A DNA stretch of 64,000 nt from Acidobacteriota bacterium (GTDB lineage: Bacteria; Acidobacteriota; UBA6911). Location: positions 352,001-416,000 of the forward strand of contig OY761556.1 of NCBI GenBank assembly GCA_963664705.1. Reading direction: 5' to 3'. A program made the position numbers and the translations under genes. Shown piece after piece: positions 20,053 to 30,197 of this stretch (position 1 is the stretch's first letter; every line of letters begins with the position of its first letter). The notes beneath the pieces were generated by a model that saw only the letters and a list, made by a program, of their open reading frames with translations, did no database searches and had not been told where the DNA came from.

Positions 20053-20784
20053 TTAGTTCATGGCTTGGAGCATTTCGCGGACAGCCCGATCCAATCCTAC
20101 CAGGGAAGCTCTTGCGATGATATTGTGGCCGATATTCAGCTCTTCAATTTCTGGAATGGCTGAGATGAGCCGTACGTTCCGGTAGGTCAGTCCGTGGCCG
20201 GCCAACACCTTTAATCCTTTGCCGGCCCCGCGCTCCGAGGCTCGGACAATCTTCGTCAATTCGTGTTGCAGCGAGGCGCCGGCCAGATCGGGGCTTTTCG
20301 GCGAAGCTTCCGAAAAGGCACGCGTGTTTAATTCGATCATCCGGGCTCCAAGATCCGCCGCTGCATCCACCTGTTCCGGGTCCGGGTCAATAAAAAGGCT
20401 TACCTGGATTCCTTTGTCCGCGAGCGTCTGGATCGCATTTGCCACGGCATTTCTGTTTTCGATGACGTTCAAGCCACCCTCGGTCGTGATCTCGCTCGGT
20501 TTTTCGGCAACGAGCGTTGATTGATCCGGGCGCAATTCCAGAGCGATCCGGACCATTTCTGAAGTGGCGGCCATTTCCAGGTTCAATCGCGTCGTAACAG
20601 TCTCCCGCAATCGAAGGACATCGGCATCCTGGATATGTCGGCGATCTCCACGCAGGTGAACGGTAATCCCGTCGGCACCGGCCAACTCCGCAATTACGGC
20701 TGCGGCCACCGGATCCGGTTCGATGGCTTGGCGGGCTTGACGGATGGTTGCAATGTGATCAATATTCACTCCTAGCTTGGTCAT
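20053..20784 (-). CDS. pdxJ: Pyridoxine 5'-phosphate synthase
   Basis: [37 protein letters not shown]; start taken at MTKLG. Confidence 0.95.
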   Translation of the reverse strand: MTKLGVNIDHIATIRQARQAIEPDPVAAAVIAELAGADGITVHLRGDRRHIQDADVLRLRETVTTRLNLEMAATSEMVRIALELRPDQSTLVAEKPSEITTEGGLNVIENRNAVANAIQTLADKGIQVSLFIDPDPEQVDAAADLGARMIELNTRAFSEASPKSPDLAGASLQHELTKIVRASERGAGKGLKVLAGHGLTYRNVRLISAIPEIEELNIGHNIIARASLVGLDRAVREMLQAMN

Positions 20785-20798
20785 GATAGCCCCCTTAA

Positions 20799-20832
20799 CA
20801 ATTGACAATTGACGATTGACGATTGACGATTT
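20799..20832. repeat. Heptamer array C(A/G)ATTGAx~5 between gltX and pdxJ
   Basis: CAATTGA CAATTGA CGATTGA CGATTGA CGATTT. Confidence 0.8.
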
Positions 20833-20874
20833 GCCGTGGAACGGCGGCCGTAACTTCACCTGCAAAACACCAGG

Positions 20875-22306
20875 CTAAGATTCCAAATAATCAACCAATC
20901 TTTGCAGGCGTGTCAGCATCTTCTCCCTGCCCAACACCTGCATCACCTCGAATAGTCCGGGTGCAACTCCCTGCCCGGTCAGTCCGACGCGTAGCGCATT
21001 GATGAGAAGTCCCGCTTTTACTCCCTCTTTTTCTGCGAAGCGGCGCAGAGTGTCTTCTGTAGATTGAAGCGTGAATTCCGGACTCTCCCGGTACTGATTG
21101 AGCAATCCCTGGATCAAGTCCTTCAGCTTTCCATCGGCCAGAAACTTGTCGGCGGCTGATTTTTCATAGGCGAAATCATCCGTAAAAAAGGCACGGAAAT
21201 TGGTGCTGAAGTCGCCCAGTTTCCGGGCGCGGGGCTTCAATAATTTCCAGGGTCGGATTCAGATCTGTCGATGGCTGCGCATCGTTCCAGATGCCGGACC
21301 GTTTCAAGGATTCGGTTACCAGGGATCCGAGAATTTCGGGAGGCGAGTTTCTTATATACTGGCTGTTGAACCACTCGAGTTTTTCGAGCCCGAAGACGGC
21401 ATCGGCCTTGCCCACTCCGTCGAGTGTAAACAGTTCGGCGAGCTCGCGGCGGGACAGCAATTCGCGATCGTCTCCGGGAGACCACCCGAGCAGGGACAGG
21501 AAGTTGAAGAAAGCATCCGGCAAATACCCCATGTCGGCATAGGCCATCACCGACGTAGCGCCGTGGCGTTTGGATAAACGCTGTTTGTCGGGGCCGAGGA
21601 TCAGCGGGAGATGGGCAAACTCAGGAATGCGCGCTCCCGCCGCGCGATAAAGGAGGATTTGCTTTGGCGTGTTCGAGATGTGATCAGCGCCTCGGATGAC
21701 ATGTGTGATATTCATGTCCATGTCGTCCACGACGACACCCAGGTGGTAGGTGGGAACGCCATCGGTGCGCAGCAGGACAAAATCCTCCAGGATGTTGTTT
21801 TCCACTTCGATTCTGCCAAAGACCCTGTCCTCAAAGGAGGTTTTGTCCGGCGGTACGCGGAAGCGTATGGCAAACGGGTGCCCGGAGGCGGCTCGCTGTT
21901 CGGATTCTTCATCGCTGAATGCGGCGCAGGCATGCTCCTTCTGGTTCCACGATTTTTCCTGTTCGTCGTTTTGGGCGACCGTTCCTTCGCTCTTGCAGAA
22001 ACATCGATAGGCGCTGCCATTCGCAAGAAGCTTCGCGGCAAAATCCCGATACCGGTCCAATCGCTGCGACTGGAAAAATGGGCCTTCATCCCAGGTCAAT
22101 CCCAGCCAGCGCATGCCCTGCAGGATCCCTTCCACCATTTCCTCGGAGGAGCGTGCAAAATCGGTGTCCTCGATACGGAGTATAAACTTGCCGTTATAAT
22201 GGCGGGCGAACAGCCAGTTGAACAAAGCGGTACGGGCTCCGCCGACGTGCAGATATCCGGTGGGGCTTGGGGCGAAACGCACTCGAATCTCTTCGTTCTG
22301 AAACAT
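20875..22306 (-). CDS. gltX: Glutamate--tRNA ligase, split by a +1 frameshift at ~21245
   Basis: RFAPSPTG, HVGG, RIEDTD, RLSKR in the 5' ORF; anticodon-binding domain (ALRVGLTGQGVAPGLFE) in the second frame; removing one A from CTG GAA A TTA TTG AAG joins them. Confidence 0.9.
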
Positions 22307-22347
22307 TGCAAACCTCGGGAAACACCAAGCTTATCATAAGAAGAAGG

Positions 22348-22376
22348 AGAAGTCAGAAGTCAGGAGTCAGAAGTCG
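22348..22376 (+). repeat. Heptamer array AG(A/G)AGTCx4 upstream of gltX
   Basis: AGAAGTC AGAAGTC AGGAGTC AGAAGTC. Confidence 0.75.
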
Positions 22377-22476
22377 AAATCGGGGGGGGAAAGCCGTTTT
22401 TTGCCAATCATTGGTGGATTTTGGGATTCGAATTGGGTACTATGAGCACTCGACCGCGAAGTATCCAAATGCCTTC

Positions 22477-22572
<96 letters not shown>

Positions 22573-22678
22573 TCAATCGGTCCATTCCGGACACATAGGT
22601 AACACTTCTTCCCCCCAGACCAGCCTACTTTTCTCCACATTGGTGAAACCGCGGAAATCCCATTGAAATAAACCTGGA

Positions 22679-24073
22679 TAAACCTGGACACCCACTATTT
22701 TTGAATATTTCTTCGCTCAATTCCCATGGTTCGCCATTAGTAACTATGCGAGGAGGCAAACCATGGGATTGGCAAGAAACAACTATGTCATCGAAGGGGA
22801 GGAAGGTGTTTATCACTGCATCAGCCGATGCGTCCGCAGAGCTTATCTTTGCGGATATGACCCGTTTAGCGGCCGGGACTTCTCCCATCGCAAAAAATGG
22901 ATTCTCGATCGTTTGAAACATCTTGCCGGCATCTTCGCCATCGACGTATGCGCTTACGCCATCATGGAAAACCACGTGCATTCCATCTTGCGCACTCGAC
23001 CCGACATTCTTCGCTCCTGGTCTGATTCCGATGTCGCCGCTCGCTGGCTTGAGCTTTGCCCCCGAAAATCCTGCATCGGCAAAAAACCCCTTCCTCCTCG
23101 GGCTGAACAGATCCAGGCCTTAACCGATTGTCCGGAACACATTGCGGTTCTGCGCAAGCGGTTGGGCAGCTTGAGTTGGTTCATGTCCAAATTCAATGAA
23201 TTCATCGCGCGCAAGGCCAACAAGGAGGATATCGTCAAGGGCCGCTTCTGGGAATCCCGCTTCAAATGCCAGGCACTCCTGGATGGCCCCGCTATCACAG
23301 CCTGCATGGTCTATGTTGATTTGAATCTGGTCCGGGCCGGTATTGCTTCTACTCCCGAAGACAGCGACTTCGCCAGCATCCAGGAGCGTCTCCGCGCCTG
23401 GCATCGCCAATCCTTGTCCCAGCAACCAGCCTCTCAACCCAGTGATTCGGACCCGGCTTTCGATCATTCTCCACTTGAAACTGCTTCCGACAGCTGGCTG
23501 GCTCCGATTCAGTCCACCCCCGGTCGACGGGGCATCCTCGACATATCCGCAGCCGAATATTTTGATCTGGTCGACCGATCGGGACGCGTGATTCGCTCTG
23601 ATAAGCCCGGGTTCATCGACGCCCGCCTTGCCCCGATCCTGAATCGCATCGGAGCTGTTCCCAAGGAATGGAGGGAAACCATATCTCATTTTGGTTCCAC
23701 ATTCCTGCTGGCCGCAGGCAGCCTGACCCACATGCGTGAATTCGCAGACCGGCTCAACCGGCATTGGTTCAAAGGCTTGTCGACCGCTCGATCCGTTTTC
23801 GCATAACCTCAAGGCTGATCGCATTCCAGATCAATAGGATCTGATCCAAACCTATACTGCGCGCCCCTTCCAGACTTCGCGGCTCTCTTCGCAGCAAGCT
23901 TGCTCGCAGGCCTCGAGCAGAATAGCCAAGCCCAAAACCGAGGAGCATTCAGAATTCTCGCTTTCGATCCACCTGACACATCTTGGGCAAATTATGGAGG
24001 TCCAGGCTAATCCTATCGATTCGACAGATAGGGACGTCCGCGTCTATTGAAAAACAATGGGTGTCCTGATTTA
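22679..24073. mobile_element. ~1.4-kb element with imperfect terminal inverted repeats carrying a Y1/HUH transposase
   Basis: 22679-22707 vs reverse complement of 24045-24073 match 24/29 (core GGACACCCA); ends locally duplicated. Confidence 0.7.
22763..23806 (+). CDS. REP-associated tyrosine (HUH, Y1_Tnp / IS200-like) transposase
   Basis: YHCISRCVRR, HUH motif MENHVH, GRFWESRFK, catalytic YVDLN. Confidence 0.9.
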   Translation: MGLARNNYVIEGEEGVYHCISRCVRRAYLCGYDPFSGRDFSHRKKWILDRLKHLAGIFAIDVCAYAIMENHVHSILRTRPDILRSWSDSDVAARWLELCPRKSCIGKKPLPPRAEQIQALTDCPEHIAVLRKRLGSLSWFMSKFNEFIARKANKEDIVKGRFWESRFKCQALLDGPAITACMVYVDLNLVRAGIASTPEDSDFASIQERLRAWHRQSLSQQPASQPSDSDPAFDHSPLETASDSWLAPIQSTPGRRGILDISAAEYFDLVDRSGRVIRSDKPGFIDARLAPILNRIGAVPKEWRETISHFGSTFLLAAGSLTHMREFADRLNRHWFKGLSTARSVFA

Positions 24074-24197
24074 GGATGGGTGTCCTGATTTAGCTGATTT
24101 AGCTAAAGGGAGGAGACGCTTTGGCCGATCAGATATGTGTATAACCATATTTGCGGCACACGATCCTGGATCGTTGGCTTTGCCGGAGGAGACGATT

Positions 24198-24380
24198 ATG
24201 AATATCTCCGCGATCAGTGCAGGTCTGACGACCTATTCTCAACTGTCCCGTATTTCCCAGCCAGATCAGAAGGCTTCATCAGAAGAGGCTTCTGAATCTG
24301 CGGCGGAGGCCGCGCAGGAAGCGAGTTCGGGTCAGGAGGAAGGCACCATATCTTCCAATCACGTTGATGTGAGAGTGTGA
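24198..24380 (+). CDS. Small acidic hypothetical protein (60 aa)
   Basis: GGAGGAG RBS before ATG 24198; Ser/Glu/Ala-rich with C-terminal VDVRV. Confidence 0.55.
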   Translation: MNISAISAGLTTYSQLSRISQPDQKASSEEASESAAEAAQEASSGQEEGTISSNHVDVRV

Positions 24381-24523
24381 TCAGGTGATCACTCTTTTGG
24401 ATTAACCGGGGGAGCCCAGCAAACTACCGGCTCCCCCAAAAAACCTCTGCCGGCCTTGCTTGCACTGAGGTGCCAGCATTTGCCGCGCAAGGCATTGGTC
24501 ATATTTGGAAACCGCCCTCACCG

Positions 24524-25435
24524 CTAGCTTGACTTCTTCAGTCTTTCGTAATCGTCCAGGAGTTGCCGGATATTGGGCTCAAATACTTTCTGCCACCCGA
24601 CAATCCGGTCAATTCGGAATGTGGTAAATGTCTGTTGTCCTTCCGGCGTTTCGTGGATTTTCAACCCCCGGCTGATTATCAGCTCTCTTTGCGCCGGATC
24701 CAACGAATCGCGCAGGCATAACATGGTTGGAACTAATGGTGGGGATGTGGCCAGGATTCTCAGTTGCTTTCCTACCTGTGGATTCAGCGCCACCGCTGTT
24801 TCGAAGGCTGAGCGAATGACAACCGCTGCATCTATCTGTCTGAAAAAGACGGGAAGAATAGCCTGATTGGCTTTGGCGACGAATCGGCGTTCCCTCAAGG
24901 ATATTTCCTTTCCTGGAGGTCGATTTCTCAATAGATAGGTTTCCAGCCAAATGGGCGCAAGGCAATCACGACCTCGGTTGTTGAGCGCAACCCTCTTCCC
25001 CTCGAGATCCTTCGCGGATTCGATCAGGCTGTCCTTTTGCACAAGGAGAACATATTCGACCGTAATCTGCCCGTTTTGCTCGTAGGTCAGGTATGGCTGT
25101 GCGGGGAACTTCTTCGGATACTGAAGATATTCATGAGACCCTATCGCCACGATATCGACTTGTCCCTTTTCCAGAAATTCCTTCGCTTTATCGATATCCG
25201 CGAACACATAGCTATCTGCATTCTTCCAGGATGATCCGCCGATTTTGGCTACCCACACTTTGGCGGCCGCAAGGACATCGTCCGTATTTACATCCGCCGC
25301 TACGGTAGAAGAAAGAAAGCCAATGCGCAGCACCGAGAGATTTGCCTCGAGGCCTCGAACCGCCGTAATTCCGCCGGACAACAACACAAGGCTAACACAG
25401 ATAATCAGTCCGGATCTAAATAGCCTTGTTTGCAT
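24524..25435 (-). CDS. Phosphate/phosphonate-binding (PhnD-like) periplasmic protein
   Basis: Signal peptide from MQTRL; DLEGKRVA, AILPVFFRQIDAAVV, LNPQVGKQLRILATS. Confidence 0.75.
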   Translation of the reverse strand: MQTRLFRSGLIICVSLVLLSGGITAVRGLEANLSVLRIGFLSSTVAADVNTDDVLAAAKVWVAKIGGSSWKNADSYVFADIDKAKEFLEKGQVDIVAIGSHEYLQYPKKFPAQPYLTYEQNGQITVEYVLLVQKDSLIESAKDLEGKRVALNNRGRDCLAPIWLETYLLRNRPPGKEISLRERRFVAKANQAILPVFFRQIDAAVVIRSAFETAVALNPQVGKQLRILATSPPLVPTMLCLRDSLDPAQRELIISRGLKIHETPEGQQTFTTFRIDRIVGWQKVFEPNIRQLLDDYERLKKSS

Positions 25436-25848
25436 CCTCAAGACCCTTTTGGCCAAATTGCCGTCGGTCAATAATCCAGGCAGTTCCCAATGCCTGCAGC
25501 TTGAATGCATATCGATGCGGAGCATGCCGGACTTTAGGTATAGCCAATAACGCTGCAGTCATAGCCTGGCGTGTATACCCATTAGTTGTTACATAGAATT
25601 TTTCCAGGTCAACTGCATCGAAATTGGAACCCAGAAAAATCTGGGTTGCCGGGAATCCCCAGTTTTCCGGCGGCAGCAGGCCGGTTTTGCCTATTTTCCT
25701 CTTGTTCCTCAGGGTGGAAATGCATATAAATGGCAGGCTAGCTATTATTTCGAAAGCAGGTAACCCGGGAAATAGTGAAGTATCTTGGGGCATGGCCCGG
25801 AATGTTGAGTATTAAGCCCAGCAAGAATCTATATTGGAGAACAATTCC

Positions 25849-26703
25849 ATGGAAATCAGATTAAACGCCAGCGGACAAAACGATCTATCAACCAAAGTCT
25901 GTTTCAGCGACGAGAACGGATTTGAAGTCGCTTCAACAATCGTCATGGGAAAGAAAGATGCCATTCTCATCGACGCGCAGTGGACGTTGTCCAATGCTCA
26001 CCGCATTATCACCGAAATCCTGGAAACAGGCAAAAATCTCACGACGATCTACCTTTCCCATGCTCACCCGGATCACTACTTTGGAGCCGGCGTGATTGCC
26101 CAGGCTTTCCCCAAGGCTCGTGTGGTTGCGATTCCTTCGGAAGCAGACATCATGAACAAGCAGTTCTTCGGCAAAATCGAGCATTGGGAAGGCATCATCG
26201 GCGCCCAAAATGTTTGCCGCGTCAGCGCCAAAATCGAATCTCTGAAGGAGAATAAGCTGGAATTGGAAGGCCAGCCCCTCGAGATCATGACAAAGGTCAT
26301 GGGCGATATGCGGTACAACACCATGGTATGGATCCCCTCGATCAAGACGCTGGTTGCCAGTGATGTTCTGTTCAACCAGGCCCACCCCTTTACCTGTGAG
26401 CTCACCAAGGAAGAGCGCGCACAGTGGATCAAGGATGTCGACAAGATCGAAAAGATGGGGGCAGAGGTGATCATCCCCGGCCATCAAAAGCCCGGATGCC
26501 TGTTCGACAAAAGTTCTCTCGATTTCACGCGAGAATATATCGTCGTGACCGAGGAAGAGCTTGTGAAGCAGGATACCGTAGCCGGCTTCTATCATGCGAT
26601 GGCAGACCGGTTCCCGCAAGCCAACCTCGTTCGCCTGAGCAACGGCATGAACGCGATGGTATTCAAGGGCGGCCTGGATTGGAACTGGCGCGAAATCGAA
26701 TAA
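25849..26703 (+). CDS. MBL-fold metallo-hydrolase
   Basis: LIDAQ, SHAHPDHYFG, VASD, IPGH. Confidence 0.9.
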   Translation: MEIRLNASGQNDLSTKVCFSDENGFEVASTIVMGKKDAILIDAQWTLSNAHRIITEILETGKNLTTIYLSHAHPDHYFGAGVIAQAFPKARVVAIPSEADIMNKQFFGKIEHWEGIIGAQNVCRVSAKIESLKENKLELEGQPLEIMTKVMGDMRYNTMVWIPSIKTLVASDVLFNQAHPFTCELTKEERAQWIKDVDKIEKMGAEVIIPGHQKPGCLFDKSSLDFTREYIVVTEEELVKQDTVAGFYHAMADRFPQANLVRLSNGMNAMVFKGGLDWNWREIE

Positions 26704-26725
26704 GTGCTCGCCAACCCGCAAACAG

Positions 26726-26756
26726 AAAAGTCCCGCTGCAAGGCGGGACTTTTTTT
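26726..26756 (+). terminator. Intrinsic terminator
   Basis: AAAAGTCCCGC-TGCAAG-GCGGGACTTTTTTT after the MBL stop. Confidence 0.85.
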
Positions 26757-26877
26757 GTGCTGTGCCTCGTCAATCTAAAGCTCCGCGATAACTTCACATA
26801 ATTTGTGCGCGCGAAATTCGCGGCAGGTTGCACCTTCTATCTGCCATTCATTTCGCGCACGCTGGTGTGTCCACTCT

Positions 26878-27618
26878 ATGAGTAATTTTAAACGACAAAT
26901 TTTGCTCTGTGTGCTGCTTATCATCGCGTCTGCAGCGTTCTATTTCCTGCAAATCCGCATCTTTCACGCGGAGAGAGATACTGTCTTTTATCTTTTTCAG
27001 GACCTCGCCTTTCTCCCGATCCAGGTGCTGCTCGTAACGGTGTTTGTCGATCAGGTGTTCCGCATCCATGAAAAAATAACCATGCTGACCAAGTTGAACA
27101 TGGTGATCGGTGCGTTCTTCAGCGAAGTCGGTACCGCGCTCCTGAGATCTTTTTCGGAGTTTGACGTTAATTTCGAACGGATATGCGGGAAAATGCTGGT
27201 AACGGAATCATGGAGTGAGAAAACTTTCCGGGAAGTGTCACGGGAGGTGAATACGCTCCCATACAATCTGGACCTTACGGGAAAAAATCTGAATCAGCTC
27301 AGAGAGAAAATGGCGGCAAAGAGGGATTTCCTGCTGAGGCTGCTTGAAAACCAGAACCTGTTGGAGCATGACACTTTTACAAACCTGCTCTGGGCGGTAT
27401 TTCATCTGAGTGAAGAACTACAGGCGCGAGAAGATCTGTCCCAACTCAGTGGATCGGACCGCGCTCATCTCGCCATCGACATGAAGCGGGCGTATGTTCT
27501 GCTGATTGTCGAATGGCTGGCTTACATGAAGCATTTGAAAAAGGAATATCCGTATCTGTTCTCACTGGCAGTCCGGCTGAATCCTTTCGATCCGGCTGCC
27601 TCGCCGGTGGTGAAGTAG
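26878..27618 (+). CDS. Conserved hypothetical membrane protein
   Basis: Two N-terminal TM helices; KLNMVIGAFFSEVG, LLWAVFHL, YPYLFSLAVRLNPF. Confidence 0.75.
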   Translation: MSNFKRQILLCVLLIIASAAFYFLQIRIFHAERDTVFYLFQDLAFLPIQVLLVTVFVDQVFRIHEKITMLTKLNMVIGAFFSEVGTALLRSFSEFDVNFERICGKMLVTESWSEKTFREVSREVNTLPYNLDLTGKNLNQLREKMAAKRDFLLRLLENQNLLEHDTFTNLLWAVFHLSEELQAREDLSQLSGSDRAHLAIDMKRAYVLLIVEWLAYMKHLKKEYPYLFSLAVRLNPFDPAASPVVK

Positions 27619-27629
27619 CGGGCATAACC

Positions 27630-27666
27630 GAGACGCGCCCCGCAGGCATGCAATGGGGCGCGTCTC
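27630..27666. repeat. REP-like palindrome between convergent genes
   Basis: GAGACGCGCCCC ... GGGGCGCGTCTC 12-bp stem. Confidence 0.7.
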
Positions 27667-27671
27667 CAGAT

Positions 27672-28238
27672 TTAGTAGATCTGAAACCTCCGGCCGTTTC
27701 CGAAAGTCATCGAGGGTTTCGCATCGGCTTTGGATACGTGAAAAGCCACCCAGCCCTCAACGGCGTCGCCTGCAAACAGCTTCGTGTCCAGATTCACTTT
27801 CGGGTATGCAATCGAGACAGGATCGTATTCCTTCCCATTCTCGGCGAAGGCAGTAAACATGTTTTCTCTCAAGAGGAAGCTTTTATTCCCCGGTTCAGAT
27901 TTGGTGGAGTAGGAGAAACGTATTTTCGCCACAAGATATTCCATGCCGGAAGCAGGTGGCTTGTTTGTGGCGTTTGCCTCTTTGATCAAGTCCCAGGCTT
28001 TTTCGCCGCGCGTTACCTGCAAAACGACAATCTGTCCTTCATAAAGCTCGGCATAGCTGCTGTAGGAATCCCCGGATTGTATGGCAAATGCCAGGGGCTG
28101 TCCGACCGGGATTCCTTCCGATGTCTTGTTACCTGAGGAAACCTGGGCGCCGGACCGGTGAGAGCCGGCGATTCCCAGGAGTAGCATGAACGCCAAGGTT
28201 CGTCCTGATCTGATCCAGTCTGTCATTGCCATCGACAT
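27672..28238 (-). CDS. Exported Ig-like protein (DUF4352-like)
   Basis: Signal peptide; EANATNKPPASGMEYLVAKI...LFAGDAVEGWVAF. Confidence 0.65.
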   Translation of the reverse strand: MSMAMTDWIRSGRTLAFMLLLGIAGSHRSGAQVSSGNKTSEGIPVGQPLAFAIQSGDSYSSYAELYEGQIVVLQVTRGEKAWDLIKEANATNKPPASGMEYLVAKIRFSYSTKSEPGNKSFLLRENMFTAFAENGKEYDPVSIAYPKVNLDTKLFAGDAVEGWVAFHVSKADAKPSMTFGNGRRFQIY

Positions 28239-28269
28239 CTCTTTCCTCTACGAAATCCGGCAGCCATCT

Positions 28270-30048
28270 TCAATTGCGACCGGCTTTGGTGAGTGTGGCT
28301 CCGCGCACTTTTCTGACCGAATGTCCCCAATTGAGTCCGCCATAGCTCATGAGCAGGGTATAGCCGGGAGATCCGCCGGCAACATAAATGTGAATATCCT
28401 CCGGGCTCTGAACTGCCGGCACATTACCGCCGGCCTTCAGTGCCTCCCGGAAGAGCTCGGCACGCCCTGGCTTCCAGCGGCCATTGTCGAGTGTGGAAGC
28501 AATGGAGCGGGCATTTTCCGGCGCCAGCCTGGAAAACGGCGTGCGCGATTTTTCATAGAGCCATTCCTGCAGGCTCTTTCTCGTATAACCCATTTGCGCC
28601 AGTTCCTTGGCACAATCGGGATCAAACACGATCACATATTTCATGGTCGCCACATATAACCCTGGTGCCACGATATTGGAGACAATTCTGTCGAGCACAT
28701 TTTGTGCCGTGGACAGAGCGACGGCTCCTCCGCCCAGCGTAGGAAACTGGCCTCCGACAGTGGATACGGTTACAACACTGTCTTCCTTGCCCAATCCATT
28801 CTCCGTATAGTCGGGTTCCAACGGGCTGATCTCATTTGTCGCAAATGTGTAGAATGTGTAGGACGAAACGCGGCCCGTCAGTCCCATATCATTGACGGCC
28901 GGCCATGTCTGCCCGATATTCAGGAGGCACAATCGCAACGCGCGTCCCACGGTACTGTTGGCCCGCCAGCCGTGGCCCAGAAGGCCGATGCCGGAGTTGA
29001 AATTGAGCTCTTTGGCAATCGGTCCTGACACGATGACGGCAGGAATGAAGGATCCTGTGGATGCCTGCAGGTGCGTTAGGTCGAAATTGCTATCCGTAAA
29101 GCCTTCCATGGCGGCGATGATGACCGGGAGGTATTCAGGCTTGGCTCCGGCCATTACCGCGTTGATGGCGATCTTCCTTATCGTTGCCACGCCATTCTTG
29201 GGTTGAACAATACCGATTACTTCATCGGGCGAGCGGCTTGTTCCGCTCAACATGAGCTTGACGGCGTCCTCCGTGGGCGGAAGGATCGGCAATCCGTCGG
29301 CCCAGCGCCTTTCAAGAAAGATCTCGTTGATCTTTTCCAGCGCGGCACTGATGTTTGGAGCGGAAACCTTGATTGGGGCTTCCTCTGATTTTTTTACAAC
29401 CGGTTTGGGGCTGGATTCGGCCGCCGTAACCGGATGCGTCAGGCTTTCGATAATTTGGCCGAGCGCTGCCTCGGCAACCGGTTTCACTTCTTTGGCTGTG
29501 ATTCGAGCCCGATAGTATTGGTCCGCCGGAACGGCCACAATCCGCAGTGTGGACATCCCGTTGTCTTCCGCCGAATTTCTGGCATCGTGAAGGAAATTAT
29601 CGGTTGTGATATATACGCCCGGCTTGCCTGCCATTTCGATTTTGACTGTGTCGTGGGCACCCCACCACGTGCAGGACCCTCAATCACCGGTTGCAAGGAT
29701 GAACGTATCGAATTGCTTCACAACCTCGGGGTACCAGTCTTTCTTGTCGAACAAAGGTTTCCCCGGCGGCATTGGAGGCGCTACAAATTTTGCGTTGGGA
29801 TACTTCTGTTTCAGGAGGTCCTGGATTGCATCGAGGAAATTTCGCGCCCCTGCCTTGGTGTTGTCGATCAACGCAATCGTCTTTCCGTTCAAGTCATCAA
29901 CCCGCGGCCGGATTCCCACCTGCTTCGGCGGCATGATCTCTCCGCGCGGGTTCAGTACCGTCAACGATACTTCCGCTGCAATCGCCTGGGCGCAACCAAG
30001 CAGCGCCAGCAGCGATATTATCCAAATCCACCGTGCCCCTTTTTTCAT
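28270..30048 (-). CDS. Exported UGSC-family selenoprotein (in-frame UGA = Sec at 29682-29680), ~592 aa
   Basis: ATC CTT GCA ACC GGT GAT TGA GGG TCC TGC ACG TGG = ILATGD-U-GSCTW; frame continues without stop into ORF 28270..29634; signal peptide from MKKGARW. Confidence 0.85.
29645..29679 (-). promoter_or_regulatory. Candidate bacterial SECIS hairpin
   Basis: 10 nt after the UGA: CGTGG-TGGGGTGC-CCACG stem-loop with G-rich loop, extendable by CTG/CAG. Confidence 0.55.
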
Positions 30049-30197
30049 TTGTCTGCCTTTCCCTTGCACATGAAGGATTCTCACCCGGTGAAGGAAATTC
30101 AATGACAACGCCATAGAACGGTTTTGCGAATGGGCCGATGCTATCATCGGGTTTGTGGAAGATCAAGAAGGCTGGGAGCAGCGATGCCCGATAAAGT

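Noticed and set aside
20785-20865. N-terminal extension of PdxJ in the ORF track
   Set aside because: It is a translation of the heptamer array; the conserved protein starts at MTKLG (20784).
24408-24444. GGGGAGCC/GGCTCCCC hairpin as an intrinsic terminator
   Set aside because: No U-tract follows the stem on either strand, so it was left uncalled.
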